A DNA stretch of 32,000 nucleotides from Candidatus Saccharimonadota bacterium (GTDB lineage Bacteria > Patescibacteriota > Gracilibacteria > UBA1369 > 2-02-FULL-48-14): the NCBI GenBank assembly GCA_965230905.1, contig OZ246396.1:360001-392000 (forward strand). Direction: 5' to 3'. The notes under the pieces are model-generated. The model did not search any database, was not told where the DNA came from, and worked only from the letters and a program-made list of their open reading frames with translations. Shown here in pieces: positions 25,876 to 32,000 of this stretch. The position numbers were made by a program, and so were the translations under genes. Position 1 is the stretch's first letter. The number at the start of each line of letters is the position of its first letter.

Positions 25876-27471
25876 ATGACACAGATCTCCAAAAATCTTA
25901 AGAAAGGCATCCTAGCCGTTCTTTTGACCGTTCTTCTTATCCCTACTGCTTCAGCCTCCACTTTTGGAGACGTTGCATCCAGCAACACCAACTATGTTGC
26001 GATTGAGTACCTCGTTAGCATTGGTACTCTTGAAGGTTACTCAGATGGCACCTTCAAACCCAACCAAACCATCAATCGGGCGGAGCTCATGAAAATCCTT
26101 GTTGCCGGACAAGGCATTGATCCCGATGAAAATACTTATAAAAACTGTTTCCCGGACGTCACTACAGATTGGTACGCTAAATATGTTTGCTATGCCCATG
26201 AAGAAGGGTGGGTGGACGGTTATCCTGATGGAACATTTCAACCCGCAACCACTGTTAACAAAGTGGAAGAAGTAAAAATGCTCGTGAATGCTTTGGGCCT
26301 CGATTCAATGCTTCCAAGCTCTGTCAGCACGACTTTGTTTACCGACACGGACAGTTCAGCTTGGTATGCTCCATACCTCTATGTTGCAAAAGATTTGAAT
26401 TTGCTTGAAATCAGCAGTGGGAATTTCCTCCCCTCGGGGGACATGGATAGAAGCGGCGTTGCAGAAAATATTTATCGAACCCTAGTTGTGCAGGAGACTG
26501 ATGTGAGTGCGTTTAGTGACGAAGCACAAACGAACTTTCTCACGCAAAAGGATCTTACTTCACTGATCAGCTCGGATGATTCCAATGACACGGAAACTAC
26601 AGATTTCTCTGATGAAACTGAGAGTAACGACCAAACTGTTTCAATTGATGACATTGAACTCTCCGGTTCAGGTGCAGAAGTTTCTGACCCTTTCCAACTT
26701 GAAGAAGGTTTATCCGTAGTCACTTTAACTCACTCGGGAGACAGTAACTTTATAGTCAGGGTTCTTTCTACTTCGGATGACAGCACAGAATATCTCGTGA
26801 ACGAAATTGGCGACTACGATGGTGTTACTGCCTTTGGAGTTGATGAGGCTGGAGAGTACGTTTTAGACATTGATGCGGATGGGCCTTGGACTGCTACCAT
26901 TGAGCAGCCTCGAGATACTTCCAACGCTCAGTACACCAAAAGTTTCTCGGGAGAAGGCATGATGGTCACAGATTTTATAAAAGTTGAGGAGGGACTTGCT
27001 GTCTTCAACTTTACGCATGATGGTGATTCGAATTTTATAGTACATCTCTTGGATGAGGGTGGAGATGTCGTTGGCTATCTTGCCAACCAAATTGGTGAAT
27101 ATGAAGGGTCTATCGCGGAATATGTAGATGAGGGGACGTATGTGGTTCGCATCGATGCGGATGGTGAATGGACGATGGACTTTGACCAAGTAGATTTTAG
27201 TGACAGTAGTTCTGATACCAGCTTCAGCGGTGAAGGTAGTGCTGCTACCCAAGTCTTTCACGTTGAGACAGGAGGTTTGAAGACTTTTGACCTCAGTCAC
27301 TCGGGCGATAGTAACTTCATTGTTCACCTTCTTGATTCTGATGGCCGAACGGTGGCTTACCTGGCAAATGCCATTGGAGACTACAGCGGCTCTACTGCCG
27401 AGTATTTGGATGCAGGCGACTATATTATGAACGTTCAAGCGGACGGAGAGTGGGACATTTCCATTGACTAA
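25876..27471 (+). CDS. Secreted SLH-domain surface protein with three tandem copies of an unknown ~85-aa domain
   Basis: Signal peptide ...LLIPTASA/S. Three SLH repeats (FGDVASSNTNYVAIEYLVSIGTLEGYSDGTFKP; FPDVTTDWYAKYVCYAHEEGWVDGYPDGTFQP; FTDTDSSAWYAPYLYVAKDLNLL). Ser/Asp/Thr-rich linker, then the three repeats. Confidence 0.85.
   Translation: MTQISKNLKKGILAVLLTVLLIPTASASTFGDVASSNTNYVAIEYLVSIGTLEGYSDGTFKPNQTINRAELMKILVAGQGIDPDENTYKNCFPDVTTDWYAKYVCYAHEEGWVDGYPDGTFQPATTVNKVEEVKMLVNALGLDSMLPSSVSTTLFTDTDSSAWYAPYLYVAKDLNLLEISSGNFLPSGDMDRSGVAENIYRTLVVQETDVSAFSDEAQTNFLTQKDLTSLISSDDSNDTETTDFSDETESNDQTVSIDDIELSGSGAEVSDPFQLEEGLSVVTLTHSGDSNFIVRVLSTSDDSTEYLVNEIGDYDGVTAFGVDEAGEYVLDIDADGPWTATIEQPRDTSNAQYTKSFSGEGMMVTDFIKVEEGLAVFNFTHDGDSNFIVHLLDEGGDVVGYLANQIGEYEGSIAEYVDEGTYVVRIDADGEWTMDFDQVDFSDSSSDTSFSGEGSAATQVFHVETGGLKTFDLSHSGDSNFIVHLLDSDGRTVAYLANAIGDYSGSTAEYLDAGDYIMNVQADGEWDISID
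26660..27468 (+). repeat. Three tandem coding repeats (approx 26660-26907, 26944-27192, 27223-27468)
   Basis: Protein-level repeat consensus FSGEG....F.VE.GL..F.LTHSGDSNFIVHLLD..G..V.YLAN.IG.Y.GS.AEY.D.G.Y...I.ADGEW. Confidence 0.8.
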
Positions 27472-27480
27472 TGGACCTTT

Positions 27481-27510
27481 AAAAAGAGGCCGGGGAACCG
27501 GCCTCTTTTT
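27481..27510. terminator. Bidirectional rho-independent terminator
   Basis: A5, then stem AGAGGCCGG/CCGGCCTCT with loop GGAA, then T-run. It sits between the convergent SLH gene and terL. Confidence 0.85.
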
Positions 27511-27520
27511 AAAAACATAC

Positions 27521-29074
27521 TCAATCGTACACGACTCTTTCATTTCCATAACGGTCTGAATAAACAGATCTGTCTTTATAGTGCGTACTACTCCCGCCAT
27601 TGTAATCTAAAAACATCAGACAATATGACAGCTCTTTCCCTTGCGAAGCATGAGAGATCAACATGCTTAGGGCATCCATCAGATCGTCATGGCGTTCCAG
27701 TCCAAAATTTGTTATTTGCTGGATTAGTTTTTCGCAGCCCTGTTCGGGGAAAAGTATCTGACCTTTTTCGAAGTAGTGTGAAATCAGGCTCAACCTGGCC
27801 CGCTTATCTCCTTTCGGAATAAAACCCTCCACATCGCAGCCAGCTGCCTCCAGCTCTTGAATTGCTGCTTTTTGGAACTGTACGTCCTCCACGATCAGCT
27901 TTGCCCCGTGCTCGTCATGGATTTGCTTGGCTACCCCTAGAATGTGGTTGAAGGTTAGGTGGGCATTGATGGGATTGGGCATAATGTAGATCCTCATCTT
28001 GTCTTTATATCCATGGACTTGGGCAGTAACCATGGCTGTGTAATCCGCTTTATCGTTTTGAGAAATAGCGAGATCAATGCCAGTAAACATTCCCCTGAAC
28101 TCATTTGTCCGTTTGTCCTTTTCTGGAAGTGCATGGTAAGTGCGAATCCATTCTGGGAAAATCACCCTGTCACTGTCCGTAACAATCGTGAGCATATACT
28201 CTCGTTGCCAGGATGATTCTTTTCCAATTCTTTTTTTCTCGTGAAGGATACTTTCTTCATCAGGAAACTTCCCAGGCCACACACTCTCCTCCTTTTCGTT
28301 CAGCAAAGGGTACGCACGGAACTCTCCATCAAACTCCTTGTTCACTATGCGCTTCCTTAGACGCATGATGAAAGAGTCCTCGTGTAAGAGGTTACCGATC
28401 ACTACGAGCCGCGTCTTGGGCGTTCCGGCTGGGATGATCTCACTGGTGATGACTTCGTCCACCTTGTCTCTACTCTCCAAGGTTTTGGTGGAATTTAAAT
28501 CCTCTACATCGTCGCAGATGATGAGGTCTGGACGATGTGCTCCGTGACGAATACCACGAATACTTTGGTCTATAGAGACGGCAGTGATTCTGGCACCTAG
28601 ATCTGGAATTTCAAGAGTGTAGGCACTCCAGTCGTTCTCTATTTCCTTGAATGGGCCAAGATCCTTGCTTAAAAGCTCGTTATTCTCAAGTTCCTGCTTG
28701 ATGTTTTTTAGGTGACGTTTGGCTTGATCTTGGGTTAAACCGACAATCACCACGTGTTTACATTGTGGTTTTCCTAAGATAGACCAAATAGGAAGACTGG
28801 TATTCATGATGGTCGATTTTCCGGATCCTCGAAATGCTACTATCACGATATTTTTTGCATTGGGATTTTCCGTGAGTGTAAACATTTCCTTTTGGAATTC
28901 AGCAGTGTCGTATTCGATGTAATGCCTGAAATAAATGTGGAAAAACATGAAGTGGCTTTCAAAAGTCAGCTGTTTGCGGAGTTTTTTATTCTTTACGATT
29001 TCCGGTAAATTATAGATTGGTTCCATCGTTTTGTGGGTTAGTGGGTAATAGACCGGCATGGACAAGTGCTTCAT
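27521..29074 (-). CDS. terL: Phage terminase large subunit
   Basis: Walker A VIVAFRGSGKST. Walker B/coupling LIICDDVED. C-terminal RNaseH-like nuclease region (GIDLA...DYTAM...DDLMDAL). The start may be ATG 29074, 29059 or 29026. It overlaps the terS end. Confidence 0.85.
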   Translation of the reverse strand: MKHLSMPVYYPLTHKTMEPIYNLPEIVKNKKLRKQLTFESHFMFFHIYFRHYIEYDTAEFQKEMFTLTENPNAKNIVIVAFRGSGKSTIMNTSLPIWSILGKPQCKHVVIVGLTQDQAKRHLKNIKQELENNELLSKDLGPFKEIENDWSAYTLEIPDLGARITAVSIDQSIRGIRHGAHRPDLIICDDVEDLNSTKTLESRDKVDEVITSEIIPAGTPKTRLVVIGNLLHEDSFIMRLRKRIVNKEFDGEFRAYPLLNEKEESVWPGKFPDEESILHEKKRIGKESSWQREYMLTIVTDSDRVIFPEWIRTYHALPEKDKRTNEFRGMFTGIDLAISQNDKADYTAMVTAQVHGYKDKMRIYIMPNPINAHLTFNHILGVAKQIHDEHGAKLIVEDVQFQKAAIQELEAAGCDVEGFIPKGDKRARLSLISHYFEKGQILFPEQGCEKLIQQITNFGLERHDDLMDALSMLISHASQGKELSYCLMFLDYNGGSSTHYKDRSVYSDRYGNERVVYD

Positions 29075-29435
29075 GGATTTGTACTTCCTCCTCGGAAGTG
29101 AGTTTGTCTAAGTTTTCTAGCCGCCCAGTGACTTCGACCTTGGTTTTGTAGTCTGGGTGGTTATTTTTTAGCCAGAATATGATTCCGGTCATGTTTCCGT
29201 CCCGGACGGCTTTCATGAGCTGGGACTCAGCTATGTCGTTCACGATTTTCTTTCCTGAATAAAGTGCTCCGTCGGATTCTTCAGTGAACTTTTCATCCTC
29301 CTTGCGCCAGCGGTAGTAGGTTGCTCTTCCAATGCCAGTTTTTTCACAGGCGACTTGAACAATTGGAGTTTTACGAAGATTCTCCAGAAGTATTTCTTTG
29401 TTCTTTTCGGTTTTTTGCGCTGTTAAGTCATCCAT
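29010..29435 (-). CDS. terS: Terminase small subunit-like HTH protein
   Basis: 141 aa. HTH GIGRATYYRWRKEDEKF, followed by LMKAVRDGNMTGIIFWLKNNHPD, typical of small terminase / phage DNA-binding proteins. It lies directly upstream of terL. Confidence 0.65.
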   Translation of the reverse strand: MDDLTAQKTEKNKEILLENLRKTPIVQVACEKTGIGRATYYRWRKEDEKFTEESDGALYSGKKIVNDIAESQLMKAVRDGNMTGIIFWLKNNHPDYKTKVEVTGRLENLDKLTSEEEVQIHEALVHAGLLPTNPQNDGTNL

Positions 29436-29438
29436 AGC

Positions 29439-30215
29439 TTATGGGGTTAGTTTTAAGGCTTTGACCCCCGCCACCTTTTCAAATCTTTCGATTATGACTT
29501 GGCAGTAATCAGGGTCCAGCTCTACGCCAAGGCACCTCCTCTTGGTTTGTTCGCAGGCAATGAGTGTGGAGCCACTTCCAAGAAAGGGGTCGTAGACTGT
29601 CGCTCCTAAGGCCGTACTGTTTAAAATCAAGCGTCTTAGAAGAGAGACCGGCTTCATGGTTGGGTGAAGCGCGTTTTTCTTTGGTTTTGGTGCGACTAGG
29701 ACGCTTTTATCCTTGTCTTTCAGTGGTTCGTGGATTCCGTGCCAACCGTAGACGATCAGTTCATGCTGAGGGTTGTAGTCCAGCCTGCCTAGGACTGCGC
29801 CTGTCTTTACCCAAATCAGTAGTTGCGAAAGCTTGAAGTCCTGTCCTTTAAGTGCACCATGAAGGCCGAAGAGCATTCGGTCGCTGTTGAAGACATAGTA
29901 GGCGTTCTTGGTCTCCAAATAGGGCTTCACTGATGCCAGCCAATGCGTTGTGAAATCTCTGTACTCTTCCTCCGACTGGATGTGATCATTGGCGATGATT
30001 TTATGGTCTTTTTTGGAGCTTTTTATCCTATTTTCCACATATCCAACACCGTAGGGTGGATCCGTTAAGATCAGTTTTACCTTTGAATTATTCAACAGAG
30101 TTTCCACCTGCTCTGGGCGAGTTGAGTCCCCACAAAGTAGTAAGTGGCTGCCAAGCTGAAAAATATCCCCTAGTTTAACTGAGTTTTGTGGCCTTTTGGC
30201 CTGTGAGTTTTTCAT
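29439..30215 (-). CDS. DNA methyltransferase (N6A/N4C, beta-class)
   Basis: Motif IV LILTDPPYGVGY. Motif I VYDPFLGSGSTLIACE. N-terminal LGSHLLLCGDSTRPE is shared with the upstream methylase. Confidence 0.85.
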   Translation of the reverse strand: MKNSQAKRPQNSVKLGDIFQLGSHLLLCGDSTRPEQVETLLNNSKVKLILTDPPYGVGYVENRIKSSKKDHKIIANDHIQSEEEYRDFTTHWLASVKPYLETKNAYYVFNSDRMLFGLHGALKGQDFKLSQLLIWVKTGAVLGRLDYNPQHELIVYGWHGIHEPLKDKDKSVLVAPKPKKNALHPTMKPVSLLRRLILNSTALGATVYDPFLGSGSTLIACEQTKRRCLGVELDPDYCQVIIERFEKVAGVKALKLTP

Positions 30216-31455
30216 AGCGTTTGATTATGAGAGAGGAGAAGAGGGGGTCTAGCTCTACGAGGTAGCACGTGCGTTTGAGTTGCTCGGCTGCGATGAGCGT
30301 TGATCCAGATCCTCCGAAGAGTTCTAGGACACTGTCTCCGGGCTTCGTGCACCTACGGATGGCTTTCTCGTAGAGCGTGGGTGGCTTTTGTGTGGGATGT
30401 TCCATTTCGCTAGCGGGAAGGCGTTTTTCGAGCCAGACACTAAACATGTCCAAAACGTCCCCGTGGAGTCTATTACCCGTGCCCACTTCTTTGTTCATCA
30501 CTTCGTTGAAGGCTGTGTGGTACTTGGAAAGGAAAGGATCACCTCGGATGCCATAAATGCAGGGTTCAAAAACCTTGTGGAAGGCTATCTGCGGAGTGCT
30601 CATTTGGTTGTTCTTGAGCCAGATACAAACTCGTTTATTCTGGATTCCGATTTTTTCGTAAACGCTTTGCACGAGACCAATGTATTTTTCGTCTGACCAA
30701 CAGAAGAAGTGTGCACTCGGAAGACTCGCTTTGAGGCCATTCTGGAGGCAAGTGACTAAGAAATTTTGATACTCTTCGTTGGTTTTATTGTCCTGAACTT
30801 TGGTACCTCCATATTTTCCTTTTCCGCCAATGCCTTTGTTGTAGTCTAGGCCTATGTTGAACGGGGGATCCGCCGTGATGAATCCTACTTTTTCACCTAG
30901 CAGGAGTTTTTCAAAGGTTTCTGGTTTCGTGGAGTCTCCGCAGATTAGTCTGTGTTTGCCGAGACTCCAGACTTCACCTTCTTTTACAAAGGGTTCTTTG
31001 ATGTTTTTTAGTTCTTCCTCAATATCGAAATTATCATCTTCGGTTTCTAAAACGTCGTCCCATATCTGTTGCAAATCACTGTCATCAAAACCAACATCCA
31101 GAAGCAAGGAGATGTCTAGTTCGCGGAGCAGTTCAAAATCCCAAGTGCCCGTGTTTTTGTTTAAGCGTAGGTTCAGTTCCTTTTCCTTCTCGACGTCTGG
31201 TATACTCAAAAAGACCACTGGGATTTCTTTGAAGCCGATGTCTTTGCAGACTTTTAACCTGAAATGGCCACCAATTACGATGTTTTTTCGATTTGGAGCT
31301 CCGTTCACAATGATTGGATCTATTAAACCAAATCTCTTGATGCTCTCTTTTAGTTCAGCCTCTGCTTTTGCCTCGAACTTCCTTGGGTTATATGGAGCGG
31401 GGTTAAGGTCGTTAACGTCAACTGAAACGATCTTTATATCTGACGAAATTTTCAT
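30175..31455 (-). CDS. ParB-like nuclease domain fused to DNA methyltransferase
   Basis: N-terminal ParB/Srx fold (LNPAPYNPRKF...SIKRFGLIDPIIVN...IGGHFRL). MTase motif IV ITADPPFNIG. Motif I VLELFGGSGSTLIAAE. Confidence 0.85.
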   Translation of the reverse strand: MKISSDIKIVSVDVNDLNPAPYNPRKFEAKAEAELKESIKRFGLIDPIIVNGAPNRKNIVIGGHFRLKVCKDIGFKEIPVVFLSIPDVEKEKELNLRLNKNTGTWDFELLRELDISLLLDVGFDDSDLQQIWDDVLETEDDNFDIEEELKNIKEPFVKEGEVWSLGKHRLICGDSTKPETFEKLLLGEKVGFITADPPFNIGLDYNKGIGGKGKYGGTKVQDNKTNEEYQNFLVTCLQNGLKASLPSAHFFCWSDEKYIGLVQSVYEKIGIQNKRVCIWLKNNQMSTPQIAFHKVFEPCIYGIRGDPFLSKYHTAFNEVMNKEVGTGNRLHGDVLDMFSVWLEKRLPASEMEHPTQKPPTLYEKAIRRCTKPGDSVLELFGGSGSTLIAAEQLKRTCYLVELDPLFSSLIIKRYEKLTGQKATKLS

Positions 31456-31529
31456 ATTTAAAAATTAGGAATAGCTTCACGCTATAGCTGTCCTAACTTT
31501 TAATATAAGAATTAAGTGTACTGCACTTG

Positions 31530-32000
31530 TTAGCTTCGAGCCTTCCTTTCCAAAGAAAGGATTTTTCCGATGGATCCAACATCTGCATCTAGCCCACATT
31601 CTTTTTTAACTACTTCCATTATTTCTTTCAGGGGACGTTCTCGATTTTGCCAGATCAATTCATTCCTCTTCCGTGTTATCGCCATTTTTCCGCGACTTTT
31701 ACCAATAAGTGACCCTTCTTTCTTATACTTTTCTTGGAGTGGGACTATTTCCGTGGTGTAAATATCTTTCACATAAGCCAAGATATCCCTTTGTGATGCG
31801 TATGGACTTATGAGGAGTCCAACTGGATAAGCAGTGGTCAAGTCGTCGTTTAACTCTTGGCCTAACGAATCTTGTTTTGTCGAGATGTCGGTGATGTAAC
31901 AGACGTTGTGTGAATTTGGTTCTGGAGATATGAATATTTGATTGAAGAATAAATATTGCTCAATGCTGAATGACCAATCTTTACTTGGGATCTGCTGGTT
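31530..32000 (-). CDS. Hypothetical protein (5' end beyond window)
   Basis: The track starts it at TTG 31841. My manual translation shows the frame stays open upstream to the window edge (NQQIPSKDWSFSIEQYLFF...). I recognise no family. Confidence 0.5.
   Translation of the reverse strand, partial: NQQIPSKDWSFSIEQYLFFNQIFISPEPNSHNVCYITDISTKQDSLGQELNDDLTTAYPVGLLISPYASQRDILAYVKDIYTTEIVPLQEKYKKEGSLIGKSRGKMAITRKRNELIWQNRERPLKEIMEVVKKECGLDADVGSIGKILSLERKARS

Larger units (their letters stand above)
11384..32000. mobile_element. Integrated accessory island or degraded prophage inserted 3' of tRNA-Ser(UGA); right end beyond the window
   Basis: The recombinase gene lies 170 bp from the tRNA 3' end. 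Composition shifts visibly to AT-richer at this point. Cargo is R-M, DGR, terminase and phage-type methylases. Confidence 0.65.

Noticed and set aside
1-32000. An alternative genetic code (UGA recoded), as in some uncultivated lineages.
   Set aside because: TGA terminates several well-conserved proteins at the expected length (sigma factor at 749-751, Mod at 15242-15244, Res at 17728-17730). The standard code fits.

Overview
The window splits at about 11.4 kb.

**Left part (1-11.4 kb).** This part is GC-richer by eye (not computed) and looks like ordinary chromosome. It carries two tandem sigma-70 genes, an L,D-transpeptidase, a CNNM/CBS membrane protein, argS, two tRNA-Ser genes, a nitroreductase, an RRM RNA-binding protein, DUF1761 and DUF378 membrane proteins, and a TPM-LemA pair.

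**Right part (11.4 kb to the window end).** An AT-richer accessory island starts directly 3' of tRNA-Ser(UGA) and runs off the window. It contains, in order:
- a large serine recombinase and an XRE regulator
- a type III-like Mod/Res pair
- a complete diversity-generating retroelement (DGR): RT, an inverted Avd, one template repeat and two variable repeats
- a structured leader RNA in front of an SLH-domain surface protein with a triplicated unknown domain
- a phage-like module: TerS, TerL and two DNA methyltransferases, one ParB-fused

**Most interesting locus.** The DGR diversifies a shared C-terminal module found on a 319-aa protein and on an 855-aa MoxR-like AAA+ ATPase. The ATPase sits directly downstream of a transglutaminase-vWA fusion protein. 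This looks like a hypervariable receptor wired to an ATPase/vWA/transglutaminase machine.

**Limits.** I saw no CRISPR array and no rRNA. TGA is used as a stop codon, so the standard bacterial code applies. All calls come from reading the ORF translations and manual alignment. No database search was run.
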